DNA of 64,000 bases, taken from Spirochaetia bacterium (GTDB lineage: Bacteria; Spirochaetota; Spirochaetia; UBA9216). Under the pieces are notes generated by a model. It was not told where the DNA came from. It saw only the letters and a program-made list of their open reading frames with translations, and did not search any database. This document shows, in pieces, positions 29,013 through 39,301 of the stretch. Made by a program: the position numbers and the translations under genes. The DNA lies in the NCBI GenBank assembly GCA_965140585.1, contig OZ223269.1:1120001-1184000 (forward strand), given 5' to 3'. Numbering within the stretch: the first letter of the stretch is position 1; the number at the start of each line of letters is the position of its first letter.

Positions 29013-29981
29013 CTACAGACTGTTTACTTCATTCAAATCAGGCATTGAGGCAATAGCACCTATCTTCGTGCAGACGACAGCACCAACCTTGTTTCCGAAG
29101 GCTGTGATATCCTTAACCCGGCTGAAATCAGACATAAACTCAAAGGGGTTATCATCCAAAGCAATCCGGTATAAAACAGCGCCTGTGAATGCGTCACCTG
29201 CGCCTGTGGAGTCTATCGACTTAATTCTGATGCTCTCGACAATTGCACTTTCGACGGAGGCAGCAGAATAAACGTATGTACCCCGGCTTCCGAGAGTTAT
29301 CATAACCACCGCGTTTTTTTTCACATGAAGTGACTTAACAGCTGTTTCAATATCATCGATTCCGGTAAGGAATTTCAGCTCATCATCACTTAATTTTATC
29401 AGATCAGCCCTGTTGATAAAATATTCTGATAATTTTATAAACTCATCATCCCGGTTCTTCCAGAGATCGATCCGGTAGTTCGGGTCAAAGGATATGTAGA
29501 TTCTGTTTTCGGTGCAGAAATCAAGAAGTTCCGAATATGTTGACTTCAGACTTCCGTTTAGAAATCCTGTTGCGGACCCAAAGTGCACAAGAGCTGATTT
29601 TTTAATTTTATCAGTATCAATATCGGTCATCAGAAGTTCCGCATCAGCGCCGCGATTGAATACAAAATCACGTTCACCGCTTGCCTGCAAAGATACAAAG
29701 GCAAGGGTAGTGGAATGCTGAGCGCTGAACTTCATCATGGATGTATCAACTCCAACTTCCTTTATGCTTTTCTCAAGAAATGTTCCGAAGGGGTCTGCAC
29801 CTACGGCTCCGATAAAGGCCGCTCTTCCGCCGAGCTTTGCAATGGCTGCCGTTACATTCGCCGGAGCACCTCCGGCCATCTTTTTGAAATTTAGGCCCTC
29901 GGCCAGACTTGAATCAATATCTGTGCATATAAAATCTATAAGCAGTTCACCAATACAGCTGATTGTTTTCATATTAGTCAC
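29013..29981 (-). CDS. PfkB family carbohydrate kinase (fructokinase-like)
   Basis: Motifs GGAPANV, FDPNYR and DSTGAGDAF. Confidence 0.9.
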   Translation of the reverse strand: MTNMKTISCIGELLIDFICTDIDSSLAEGLNFKKMAGGAPANVTAAIAKLGGRAAFIGAVGADPFGTFLEKSIKEVGVDTSMMKFSAQHSTTLAFVSLQASGERDFVFNRGADAELLMTDIDTDKIKKSALVHFGSATGFLNGSLKSTYSELLDFCTENRIYISFDPNYRIDLWKNRDDEFIKLSEYFINRADLIKLSDDELKFLTGIDDIETAVKSLHVKKNAVVMITLGSRGTYVYSAASVESAIVESIRIKSIDSTGAGDAFTGAVLYRIALDDNPFEFMSDFSRVKDITAFGNKVGAVVCTKIGAIASMPDLNEVNSL

Positions 29982-29988
29982 TCCGTTG

Positions 29989-30729
29989 TTAATCTATTTC
30001 AGGATAGAAAATATCAACCGCCGAATCAAGTTTATATATCACATCCTTTCTTTCAACCCTGATTTTTACCCTGCCGGACAGGTCTTCATCATTTTTAAGG
30101 TTCTGAATAAGTTCGCGGGTAGGATTGATTGCCACCGGGTTGCCGACCATTCTGAACATGGAAAGATCGCCGTTGGTATCACCATAGGCATAGCTTTTAG
30201 AGAGATCGATATCATATTTTTCACATAATCCGTTTATAGCTTTTTCCTTGTTTCCGGCATCCCACATGGCACTTACCTCACCGGTGTATCTGCCTTTTTC
30301 ATCAACATGGTATTTTGTTCCCGCGCATTCGGTAATTCCGTACCTTTTAGCCATTCTGTGAACAAGGTAATCAGGACTTCCCGATATGAAAAAGACAAAG
30401 TGTCCCGACTTTTTATGTTCCCTTATTTTATTCCGGGTATACATATATACCTTGTCGCCCTTAAGCTTTATCACCTGATCTGTAACAAAATCCATCTTGG
30501 ATTTTTCAAGCCCCTTAAGTGATTCAACGTAGATAGCGGAAAGTTCAAGCAGATAATCATCATAGTTTCCCCGGCGTTTTTTCCAGTTTTCATAGGTATG
30601 TTTCACATTGCTGTGCCAGAGGGCTTCGTCAAGAACTTCGTATTTAAGCAGTTTTTTAAAATGTTCAATCATCAGAGAATCCCTGTAAAGAGTCCCGTCG
30701 ATATCAAAAAAAGCAGCGGTATGTTTCAT
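29989..30729 (-). CDS. HAD-IB family hydrolase
   Basis: Motifs AFFDIDGTL, ISGS, K and AYGDTNGD. Start set to MKHTAAFF. Confidence 0.9.
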   Translation of the reverse strand: MKHTAAFFDIDGTLYRDSLMIEHFKKLLKYEVLDEALWHSNVKHTYENWKKRRGNYDDYLLELSAIYVESLKGLEKSKMDFVTDQVIKLKGDKVYMYTRNKIREHKKSGHFVFFISGSPDYLVHRMAKRYGITECAGTKYHVDEKGRYTGEVSAMWDAGNKEKAINGLCEKYDIDLSKSYAYGDTNGDLSMFRMVGNPVAINPTRELIQNLKNDEDLSGRVKIRVERKDVIYKLDSAVDIFYPEID

Positions 30730-30780
30730 AACAGGATAATTATACAGCATATGCCCGGTTATGAAACATTTTTATTGCTG

Positions 30781-32058
30781 TTATCTGAAAAGCAGATGAA
30801 TATACAGGCTTGATGCCCCTAGAGTGATAAGAGTAATAAAGGTTCCGTACTTCGTAAACTCAAAGAAAGAAATCCTGTATCCGTTTTTGCCGGCGATGCC
30901 CGCACCAACGACATTGGCTGAAGCCCCTATCAATGTACCGTTACCGCCGAGGCAGGAACCAAGTGCAAGAGACCACCAGACAGGGTTAACCGCATCGGGG
31001 CCCAGAGTTTCACCCATATGCTCCACCAGCGGAACCATAGTTGCAACGTAGGGGATATTATTCACAATTGTAGATATGAAGCCCGAAAACCAGAGTGTAA
31101 GCTGTGAGGTTAGCGGAATATTACCCTCAGTAAGTGACAGAAGTCCCTGAGAAAGTTTTCCTATAACACCCAGTTCAACCAGTCCTCCTACCATGATAAA
31201 AAGTCCTATAAAGAAAAATATTGTTCCCCATTCAACTTCATGAAAGTATTTATCAACTTCCTCTCCGCCGGCTAGAAGCATCAGGACAGCAGCACCGCAG
31301 AGAGCTATTGTTGCCGGCTTTATTCCTATCAAATCGTGCAGAAGGAAGGCTGCAATTACAAGACCTATTACTGTAAGTGATTTTATCAAAAGCCCCTTGT
31401 CCTTTATTGACTGTCTTTCATCGAATTCCATAATTCTGGCTCGTCTTTCGATACTTACCTTCAGTTTTTTACTGAAGAGAAAATAAAGAACCACACAGAG
31501 AATTATAAAGTTTATAACTACAATCGGGCCAAGTGTGATGATAAAATCCAGAAATCCGAAATCTGCGGCACTTCCAATCATAATATTCGGAGGGTCACCA
31601 ATAAGTGTAGCGGTACCGCCAATATTTGAGGCAATAGCACTGGTTATTACAAAAGGAATAGGATCGACTCCCAGCTCTACAGCTATAAGTATTGTTACAG
31701 GTGTAAGAATCAGAACTGTTGTAACATTATCCAGTATTGCCGAGAAGACAGCGCTCAGAAAGGCAAAAAGAAGCAGTATTTTGAAAGGATCGCCCTTTAC
31801 TGCTTTTGCGGTAACTATTGCCGCATACTGGAAGATCCCTGAGTTCTTCGTGATTCCGACGATTACCATCATTCCTATAAGCAGAAAGATTACATTCCAG
31901 TCAACCTCAGAAAACGCAGTCTCCTGGTCTATTATTCCGGCAATTATAAAAATAACGGCACCAAGTAGTGCAAGAATAGTCTGATTGATTTTTTCAAGGG
32001 AGATCATGATGAATATCGCAGTGAAAATCACAATACCGGCAATTGCAAGTATACTCAT
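30781..32058 (-). CDS. ArsB/NhaD (ion transporter superfamily) permease
   Basis: Motifs LDNVTTV, SNIGGTATLIGDPPN, NNIP and LGGNGTLIGASAN. Confidence 0.9.
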   Translation of the reverse strand: MSILAIAGIVIFTAIFIMISLEKINQTILALLGAVIFIIAGIIDQETAFSEVDWNVIFLLIGMMVIVGITKNSGIFQYAAIVTAKAVKGDPFKILLLFAFLSAVFSAILDNVTTVLILTPVTILIAVELGVDPIPFVITSAIASNIGGTATLIGDPPNIMIGSAADFGFLDFIITLGPIVVINFIILCVVLYFLFSKKLKVSIERRARIMEFDERQSIKDKGLLIKSLTVIGLVIAAFLLHDLIGIKPATIALCGAAVLMLLAGGEEVDKYFHEVEWGTIFFFIGLFIMVGGLVELGVIGKLSQGLLSLTEGNIPLTSQLTLWFSGFISTIVNNIPYVATMVPLVEHMGETLGPDAVNPVWWSLALGSCLGGNGTLIGASANVVGAGIAGKNGYRISFFEFTKYGTFITLITLGASSLYIHLLFR

Positions 32059-32062
32059 GATG

Positions 32063-32956
32063 CTACCTCCTTAAAACCTTTGTAAGAATGTCCATGATGT
32101 TGAGTATTCCAACAATTCTGCCTTCCTGAATAACCGGCAGATGTCTTAGTCCGCCCTTGGTCATTTTTAATGCAGCCTCTATGACTGATGCTCCGGGTTT
32201 AAGTATTTCAACGGGCTTTTTCATAACATCCCTTGTAAGAATGTTTTCTTCTTCACGAAGAAGCTTTTCAAAAGGCTCAAAATTAGACAGAAAACTCAGG
32301 CTTCCGATCGAAACAGCATACTGGGGAATACCTATAGCTATTAAGTCATTAATCCTGACTTCACCCAGGAAATTATTGCTGTTGTCCACAACCGGAAGGT
32401 AGCTTGTCCTCTCCTTGTAGAAGATATCAATAAGCTCTTTGATAGTATTTTCCGGCTTGATTGAATTAAAATCAGTGATCATTATGTCTTCAACTGTGAG
32501 ATCTTTTTTGATATATATTGTTGAAAGCAGACTGTGAATATCATCTACTGAAGCGCCGGCGATTAGCTGCTTATAAAATTCTCTGTCAGTTGACATTCTT
32601 GAGAATGAAGCAAGAACCTGAAGATAGGTATTAGACACACTCAGAGAGGTAAGCATGATGACAAAGCAGCTTACATCCACGTCCTCAACCCTTATTGGAT
32701 TCTTCGGGAGTACCATCATGATAACAAGGTCTTCAAAATCCTTCAGTCTTGCATGGGGAATGGCCATACCTGTTAGAAATACTGTTCCGCCCAGTGTATC
32801 GCGCTCCATTATTGCATCTATAGCATCTTTTTTACTTATCGACAGTGACCTGGATTGATACAGCTGTCCAATAGCTTCCCTGATCACGTCTTCCCGGGTT
32901 TCCGCCTTGCTCCCGGTGATTATATATTCTTTTTCGATTAGAGATGACAGTTTCAT
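32063..32956 (-). CDS. PTS EIIA (Fru/Ntr-type) domain fused to a CBS pair
   Basis: Motifs ERDTLGGT and AIPHAR (phospho-His), then two CBS motifs (LPVVD, LPVIQEGRIVGI). Start at ATG 32956 after AGGAGG. Confidence 0.85.
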   Translation of the reverse strand: MKLSSLIEKEYIITGSKAETREDVIREAIGQLYQSRSLSISKKDAIDAIMERDTLGGTVFLTGMAIPHARLKDFEDLVIMMVLPKNPIRVEDVDVSCFVIMLTSLSVSNTYLQVLASFSRMSTDREFYKQLIAGASVDDIHSLLSTIYIKKDLTVEDIMITDFNSIKPENTIKELIDIFYKERTSYLPVVDNSNNFLGEVRINDLIAIGIPQYAVSIGSLSFLSNFEPFEKLLREEENILTRDVMKKPVEILKPGASVIEAALKMTKGGLRHLPVIQEGRIVGILNIMDILTKVLRR

Positions 32957-32974
32957 GTATCCCTCCTGAGATAA

Positions 32975-33003
32975 AGAATATGTATGCATACACACTTTGT
33001 CAA
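32975..33003 (-). promoter_or_regulatory. Putative sigma70 promoter of the EIIA-CBS/antiporter operon
   Basis: Minus strand reads TTGACA-17-TATTCT. Confidence 0.6.
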
Positions 33004-33123
33004 TAGTGTACTATAAGGTATTATAAAAGACTTTTAGAGACTCCTGAGATAAATAGAAATAAAATTTTTTAAGTAAAAGACTTTGATTTTAACTTAGTTT
33101 ATAGTATCTTTCTAAATAGGAAC

Positions 33124-34257
33124 ATGGAACAATCATTTGTTGAACGCCCAAGCGCAGAGCGTCTGCTCGATATTATCTTTGATTACCTGAAGCGCATTGC
33201 AAAAGAAAGAAGCGTAGACAGGATTCTCAATGTTATTGCCGACTTCGGCAGGGATATTGTATGCGCAGACCGCTGTACCGTTTGGCTTATTGATGAAAGA
33301 AGCAGAATTCTCTGGACAATAGTAGCACACGGTGTCGACAGGATTGAAATTCCTCTCGCGAAGGGGATTGCCGGAGTGGTTGCAACCAGCGGTGAACCTT
33401 TAATAATAAACGACCCTTATTCCGATGACAGATTTGATAAGGAAGTTGATCAGAAAACCGGCTACCATACCTACGGAATTATTGCCCTGCCCATCAGGGA
33501 CAGCCACGGTAAAATGATCGGTGTTGTTCAGGTTTTAAACAGCCTTACCGAGCAGAAAGAATTTACCAGAGAAGATCAGGAAAGACTCGTTCTTGCAGCA
33601 AGTTATGCCGGTAACCAGCTTGAAGCTGTTCTTCTTCAGGAAGAAACAGAAAGCTCATTCAAGGAAATGATTTTCGCACTTGCGGAAGCTGGTGAAATGA
33701 GATCAAAAGAAACCGGTAATCATGTAAAGCGTGTTTCAGAATTTTCTCGAATACTGGCCCTCCATTACGGCTTGAAGGAACAGGACGCGGTACTGCTTAA
33801 AACAGCATCACCGCTCCATGATATAGGAAAGATTGCGATACCTGATGAAATACTGCTTAAACCCGGACCTCTTACAGAAGATGAAAAGCAGAGAATGAAA
33901 AGTCATACCCTTATCGGATTTGACATGCTTAATCATTCGGAACGTCAGATATTCAAGGCAGCTGCAGAAATTGCTCTTCAGCACCATGAAAAATGGGACG
34001 GCAGCGGGTATCCCAATGGTCTTAAGGGCGAGGATATCAGTCTATACGGCAGAATCACGGCTGTTGCTGATGTTTTTGATGCCATATCCAATTCAAGAGT
34101 TTATAAGGCAGCCTGGGATAAAGAAAGTGTTTTTGATCTATTTGAAGAAGAAAAAGGCAAACACTTTGACCCAGTGCTTGTTGATATTCTTATTGAAAAT
34201 TTTGAAGAATTCTGGGCTGTTAACGAACAGCTTGCCGATGACAACTTTTCCGGCTGA
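33124..34257 (+). CDS. GAF + HD-GYP cyclic di-nucleotide phosphodiesterase
   Basis: GAF domain (DPYSDDRFD..VD..TGY), then RSKETGNHVKRV, HDIGK, HHEKWDGSGYP and ADVFDA. Confidence 0.92.
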   Translation: MEQSFVERPSAERLLDIIFDYLKRIAKERSVDRILNVIADFGRDIVCADRCTVWLIDERSRILWTIVAHGVDRIEIPLAKGIAGVVATSGEPLIINDPYSDDRFDKEVDQKTGYHTYGIIALPIRDSHGKMIGVVQVLNSLTEQKEFTREDQERLVLAASYAGNQLEAVLLQEETESSFKEMIFALAEAGEMRSKETGNHVKRVSEFSRILALHYGLKEQDAVLLKTASPLHDIGKIAIPDEILLKPGPLTEDEKQRMKSHTLIGFDMLNHSERQIFKAAAEIALQHHEKWDGSGYPNGLKGEDISLYGRITAVADVFDAISNSRVYKAAWDKESVFDLFEEEKGKHFDPVLVDILIENFEEFWAVNEQLADDNFSG

Positions 34258-34329
34258 GAATTATAAATAATTTCAAAAAAGTTTTAACTTGCAAAAGACT
34301 GCAGTTACCAATATATTCTATATAGCATA

Positions 34330-35091
34330 ATGAGAAATAAAAAACGTAACTTGAAAACTCTTTTACTAAGAGAAATATTTCCAACCCTCATCCATTACTG
34401 CCTTAATTACTTTTTCACAATCATCATGCTCATACCCGTAATTTTATTTTCCCTTTTGAGACTCGATGCCCTGAACAGGCTCCTGTTGAAATTCTGGGCT
34501 CATTCACTTTTCTGGAGCATGGGGAGAAGAGTGCATATTACGAACAGGAATTACATAGAGAAAGGAAAATCCTACATAGCAGTTATGAACCATACCAGCT
34601 ATCTGGACATTCCTGCGGTAATGACTGTAATTCCCAACGGAGCCTGGGTGGGGCGTGAAAAACTCCTTCATCTTCCGCTTTTCAATATAATGCTGAAAAG
34701 ACTCAAGTATATTCCTATAGAACCTTCAAGCTGGCGGAAAAGCCTGGAAGCCATCAAGCTGGCAGCAGAACGATCTAATGAGGGACTTGTTATCCTGATG
34801 TTTCCGGAAGGAACCAGGACAGATGACGGCGGCATAGCAGATTTCAGAAAGGGCTTTATCCGCATTTTAAGGGAATCGGAAACTGACGTTCTGCCGATAA
34901 CAATTAATGGGCTGTATTACTGGAAATCAAAATATCAAAAACACATAAACACAACTGAACAGCTTGAAATAGTAATAGGCCGCCCGCTGGAGGCCGAAAA
35001 ACTTTTGGAATTATCAGATTTTGAAATTGCTCTTAAAGTAAAAGAGGCTGTAGAATCTGAATACCGATACAGTAAACGAACAGAGGGATAA
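34330..35091 (+). CDS. plsC: 1-acyl-sn-glycerol-3-phosphate acyltransferase
   Basis: Motifs NHTSYLD and FPEGTR. Confidence 0.85.
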   Translation: MRNKKRNLKTLLLREIFPTLIHYCLNYFFTIIMLIPVILFSLLRLDALNRLLLKFWAHSLFWSMGRRVHITNRNYIEKGKSYIAVMNHTSYLDIPAVMTVIPNGAWVGREKLLHLPLFNIMLKRLKYIPIEPSSWRKSLEAIKLAAERSNEGLVILMFPEGTRTDDGGIADFRKGFIRILRESETDVLPITINGLYYWKSKYQKHINTTEQLEIVIGRPLEAEKLLELSDFEIALKVKEAVESEYRYSKRTEG

Positions 35092-35093
35092 TT

Positions 35094-36020
35094 ATGGCAA
35101 AATGGGGTGTAATAATAAATCCGGCAGCAGGCGGCGGACTTTCTGATGATAAACGTCAGATGATAATGAAAAAATTCAACAGAATAGATGATTCCGCATT
35201 GATTAAATTCACGGAGCAGCCCGGTCATGCAACCCAGCTGGCTGAGGAAATGATAAACAAGGGTATTACACTCATAGCAGTTGCAGGCGGAGACGGGACC
35301 TTTAATGAGGCAGCGAAGGCAGCTCTTGGTCATGATGTGACTCTCGGAGTCGTCCCCACAGGTACCGGAAATGATTTTATGCAGATCAGCGGATTCAGCG
35401 ACGTTTTTGAACAGTTTGAATGGGATACCTTCCTTAATGCTGATGTAAAAGCTATAGATGTCGGTGACTGCAACGGTAATCCCTTTTTCAATGGAATGGG
35501 AATAGGTTTCGACGCAGAAATGACAGCAGCCGTTACCGAAGACCGGCTAAGAACCGGACGTATTAGCAGGGCAAAGTATAACTACTACATAGTAAAAACA
35601 CTTCTTGGCTATAAAGAACGGGAACTGACTTTTACCAGAGACGGCAGTTCTACTACAGAAAAATGTTTTATGACCACCTGTTCTATCGGACGGCGTTTTG
35701 CAGGTAATTTCTTCCTGACCCCGAAAGCCATTGCTGACGACGGACTTCTGGATGTACTGCATATAAACCCTTTAAAACTGATGAAGCGAATGACTATTCT
35801 AACCCAAGTTCCCAAGGGCAGTCATATTACTGATCCGCTGATTCAGTACTTCAGGGCATCAACACTTAAACTGACTTTCTCACAGAAAGTAGCAGCCCAT
35901 CTTGACGGTGAGTTGATTTTTTCTGACTCCTTCGATATCAGAATAATACCAGGAGCTTTGAAGCTGATATACAACCCCGATGGAAACCATTATTTCAGTC
36001 AAAATTCAGGTAAAGCATAG
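35094..36020 (+). CDS. Diacylglycerol/lipid kinase family protein (YegS/DgkB-like)
   Basis: Motifs NPAAG, GGDGT, PTGTGNDF, GIGFDA and DGE. Confidence 0.9.
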   Translation: MAKWGVIINPAAGGGLSDDKRQMIMKKFNRIDDSALIKFTEQPGHATQLAEEMINKGITLIAVAGGDGTFNEAAKAALGHDVTLGVVPTGTGNDFMQISGFSDVFEQFEWDTFLNADVKAIDVGDCNGNPFFNGMGIGFDAEMTAAVTEDRLRTGRISRAKYNYYIVKTLLGYKERELTFTRDGSSTTEKCFMTTCSIGRRFAGNFFLTPKAIADDGLLDVLHINPLKLMKRMTILTQVPKGSHITDPLIQYFRASTLKLTFSQKVAAHLDGELIFSDSFDIRIIPGALKLIYNPDGNHYFSQNSGKA

Positions 36021-37426
36021 GCACCGTAGAGGGAATAATAGTTTGTATAAAAGTCAATTGACTCCCTGTATTCCGAGATCCTGTCAGTATAGAGATTTAA
36101 TTCCTCTTCGAGCAAATCTGTTTCATCACCGGAGCCGGCTGTAAACTGGGTCTGCTTGATACCAATCTGAAGGTTATCGTTTTCCTGTTTAAGACGGTGA
36201 TATTCTATGTTCCGTCTGTTTAACTCAAGTTTGAGCAGTGTTTCGGAAATATACTGTCTGATGGAATCAACACCGTCTTCGTAATCATACATCGCTTTCT
36301 CTAGCTCATAGCTGTCTTTTTCAGCATCTGCAAGCGCACTGCCTCCGTCAAAAACATTTCCTGAAACCGCTATGGTGGATGTCAGCCCAAGTGAATCCTG
36401 ACCGAACCAATCCGTTTCGATAAATGGAAAGCGTGACCCCGAGTATGAAAGTTCAAAATGCAGCCCGATATCCGGTTTAAAACCTGTTGCGGCCCTGGTG
36501 ATATCGAGTTTTAATTCATTTATTCTTTGCACTTTGGTCAGCAGCTGAATATCAGGGTTGTTTGAAAGTGAGCTGTTCATACATTCATCAAGCCCGGGAA
36601 CCTCCAGACTGCTTATCTCACTGATGAAATCAAAATCAAAATCCCGGGCGGAAATATCCTTTATTCCCGAAAGCCTTGCCAGCTGAAGGAGGGTCTGTTC
36701 CCGCTGCTGTAAAAGCTGAGCCTCGGCAACACTAATCTCACTTGCTTTAATCCGGGCATCCAGCAAATCAGCATAGAGTATAAATCCGTTTTTGTATGAT
36801 TCATCCGCTATTTCTATCATCCTTTCAGAAACTGATTTCTGCATCTTCAGGGTATCTTCAATCATGCTTATGTAATAAAGAACGTATGAGTAAACATAAA
36901 GGCTTGTACGTATTTCATGCTGCTTCTTCTGAAGCTGCAGCCCGCTTGTTTCATTGATGGAACTGTACAGCAGCTCCATATTCTTTATTTTACCCCAGGT
37001 GAAAACGGGCTGATCGACAGTAAACTGAAAATTATAATGAGTATTTTCCGAACCCTTGTATATAACCATATCTTCAGCAGGAAGAAGAATATCGCTTCCT
37101 CCCATAGTATAGCTTCCCAGTTCTCCTGCCGTGAGAGTAATAGGCTCTATCATGGGATTGGTCATATAAGTCATGGTAGTTTGAAAATCTACCGTTGGAA
37201 AACGAGCGGCTTTTGCCTTTTTAAGCTCAGCTTCAGACTGCATCTTCTCAATTCCCAGCTGTATCAGGCTTATATTGTTCTCAACAGCCGATTTATAGAG
37301 GCTTTCAGGTGTTAGTTTCAAAGAATCCTCTGCAGCGAGCAGCTGAGTACAGCTAAAGAGAACTGCAGCAATAATTATTTTCAAAAATCCGGATATCTTT
37401 CGGGCAGCTCTTAGTTTTTTTCTCAT
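35999..37426 (-). CDS. TolC family outer membrane efflux protein
   Basis: Signal peptide and two OEP repeats (AARFPTVDF..QPVFTWGK; NNPDI..KPDIGL..VFDGG). Confidence 0.85.
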   Translation of the reverse strand: MRKKLRAARKISGFLKIIIAAVLFSCTQLLAAEDSLKLTPESLYKSAVENNISLIQLGIEKMQSEAELKKAKAARFPTVDFQTTMTYMTNPMIEPITLTAGELGSYTMGGSDILLPAEDMVIYKGSENTHYNFQFTVDQPVFTWGKIKNMELLYSSINETSGLQLQKKQHEIRTSLYVYSYVLYYISMIEDTLKMQKSVSERMIEIADESYKNGFILYADLLDARIKASEISVAEAQLLQQREQTLLQLARLSGIKDISARDFDFDFISEISSLEVPGLDECMNSSLSNNPDIQLLTKVQRINELKLDITRAATGFKPDIGLHFELSYSGSRFPFIETDWFGQDSLGLTSTIAVSGNVFDGGSALADAEKDSYELEKAMYDYEDGVDSIRQYISETLLKLELNRRNIEYHRLKQENDNLQIGIKQTQFTAGSGDETDLLEEELNLYTDRISEYRESIDFYTNYYSLYGAYALPEF

Positions 37427-39216
37427 TGTTTAAGACTCACATAGTTTGAAGATCCCGCGGTAACATAGCCTTTCTCAAGATTAGCTGAATTTGCAATATC
37501 ATATGCGCCAGCCTCAATTTCAGCAGAGGTCGGTAGATACAGGTAGTATGAGGCACGGCTCTGGTTACCGGTGTAAGCTGTATCTGTCCATTCAAGACCG
37601 TCAAATGAGAAATGGCCCTTCTCATAATTATTGGTGTCTATTACCTGGTTTACAGTGGTATCAATATAATCAGGAGCATCTCCGTCTGCCGGAGCGGCAG
37701 TCAGAAGCGTTGCAGCATCAGGATTAAAAAACAGCCAGACTTCAACGCCGTTTACCTGCAGGGTTCCTGCAGCGTTCCAGACTTCTCCGGACAATGTTTC
37801 GCTGAACTCGGTCTGCTTGATAACTATGCTCCCCATATCAGTGCTCTGTTCATTGTGAAGGATATAATTGGTGTGAGCGGATGCATCATAATAGGCGGGT
37901 TCATAGTAGGCGTCAGACTCATCCGATTCTGTTGTCCCATTTCCATCCCGATCCCAGCCTCCGTCTGTCAACTTTGAATCTGTTGAATTATCTATAAGAA
38001 AGCTGTTCTTTGTAAAAACTATTCTCACGCAGCTGGTTTCAAGGTTGTTTGTTTCAGATGGACGTCTCACAAACTCGACAGTCTGAGAGTATTCGCCTGA
38101 ATCATCTGTAGTTACAGTATATGTGGGATTCTCCGGCCAGACGATATCGGCGTAAATTATACTTTCCGGATCTGATGAATCACTGTAGGTCCATTCTTCG
38201 GCTGCAAATATTTCTACCGTAACATTCGGTTCACCTTCGCCGGTGTTTGAATTAATTACAGTCCCGGAAATATCTGAAGTATTATACTCATCAGCAAGAG
38301 CGGTTGTTCCTGCATCATGATATGTTCCGGCTGATATCTCTGCAGTCTGCAGGTAGCCGATATTCTCATCATCATCAACAACCCCGTTAGCATCAACATC
38401 CCATCCGCCGTCGGTTATGTCGGCATCAGAGGCGTTCTCTGCTATGTAACCTCCGGCAGAGTAGGTAATTCTTACAATCACTGTACCGGCGTTATCGGTA
38501 GAAGAGGGCAGCATCTTATAAGAGATTTCTCTTGTCCATTCGCCGTTATCGTCTGTGGTCGAAGTATATGTCGGATTTTCAGCCCAGGTAAAACTGTCTT
38601 CATCCGTATTTACAGAACCTTCAGAATTGTACTCCCAGGACAGGGGCACCCATATATTCACTGTTGCATTTGCAATGTAATCGCCGGTTGCAGCTTCCGT
38701 AACAACTCCGGTTATTTCTGCTGTATTCATAATTTTATTAAGCGTAATCACGGGAATCCGGTTTGTAACATCAGAGACTATATACACCGGTGAAGGATTT
38801 GCCGCCAGGCCGTAGTTACGATGGTAGAATAGCAGAAAGACCTCTTTCCTGTCCCCGGACTTACCGTATTTCGGAAACAAATCATTCCAGATAAGGCCGT
38901 TGAAAGTGTAGTCGCCCTGATCATCTGTCACCGTCTTATTAAAGTAAAGGGGCTCAGTATCAGTCCGGTTCTCTGGCAGAAAACTTTCGTCAGACTGCCA
39001 GGCCTCAAGATCGGTAAGCTGATCGGCCTTATCAAGATAAAGATATACATAGGCATCACTTATTCCCGCGCCTGAATCTCCGTTTTCATACAATTCATAG
39101 TCTGAAATGTTTCCGTTTGCAGAACTCGTAAAGACAACAGAACAGCCTGTAAGAAGTAATGATGACATAATTAAAGTAAATGTTGAAAGCAGGATATTTT
39201 TTTTAAGTTTTATCAT
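37423..39216 (-). CDS. Large acidic lipoprotein with tandem carboxypeptidase-regulatory/prealbumin-like beta-sandwich domains
   Basis: Lipobox LLTGC. Four GxV/I...A/VxV...TTDxxGxY/F-type modules, two of them a clear 148-aa duplication. Start at ATG 39216 after GGAG. Overlaps the tolC start (ATGA). Confidence 0.75.
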   Translation of the reverse strand: MIKLKKNILLSTFTLIMSSLLLTGCSVVFTSSANGNISDYELYENGDSGAGISDAYVYLYLDKADQLTDLEAWQSDESFLPENRTDTEPLYFNKTVTDDQGDYTFNGLIWNDLFPKYGKSGDRKEVFLLFYHRNYGLAANPSPVYIVSDVTNRIPVITLNKIMNTAEITGVVTEAATGDYIANATVNIWVPLSWEYNSEGSVNTDEDSFTWAENPTYTSTTDDNGEWTREISYKMLPSSTDNAGTVIVRITYSAGGYIAENASDADITDGGWDVDANGVVDDDENIGYLQTAEISAGTYHDAGTTALADEYNTSDISGTVINSNTGEGEPNVTVEIFAAEEWTYSDSSDPESIIYADIVWPENPTYTVTTDDSGEYSQTVEFVRRPSETNNLETSCVRIVFTKNSFLIDNSTDSKLTDGGWDRDGNGTTESDESDAYYEPAYYDASAHTNYILHNEQSTDMGSIVIKQTEFSETLSGEVWNAAGTLQVNGVEVWLFFNPDAATLLTAAPADGDAPDYIDTTVNQVIDTNNYEKGHFSFDGLEWTDTAYTGNQSRASYYLYLPTSAEIEAGAYDIANSANLEKGYVTAGSSNYVSLKQ

Positions 39217-39232
39217 ATATAAAGTCTCCAAA

Positions 39233-39285
39233 AAAGAATGCTCGTTCTTTAATTAGAATATACATACCGATAGTTTGAAATTCAA
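39233..39285 (-). promoter_or_regulatory. Promoter plus TetR-type operator for the lipoprotein-tolC operon
   Basis: Minus strand reads TTGAAT-17-TATATT. Imperfect palindrome AAAGAATGctCGTTCTTT at 39233-39250 sits at the predicted +1. Confidence 0.7.
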
Positions 39286-39301
39286 TAGGGATGAGCCATT
39301 T

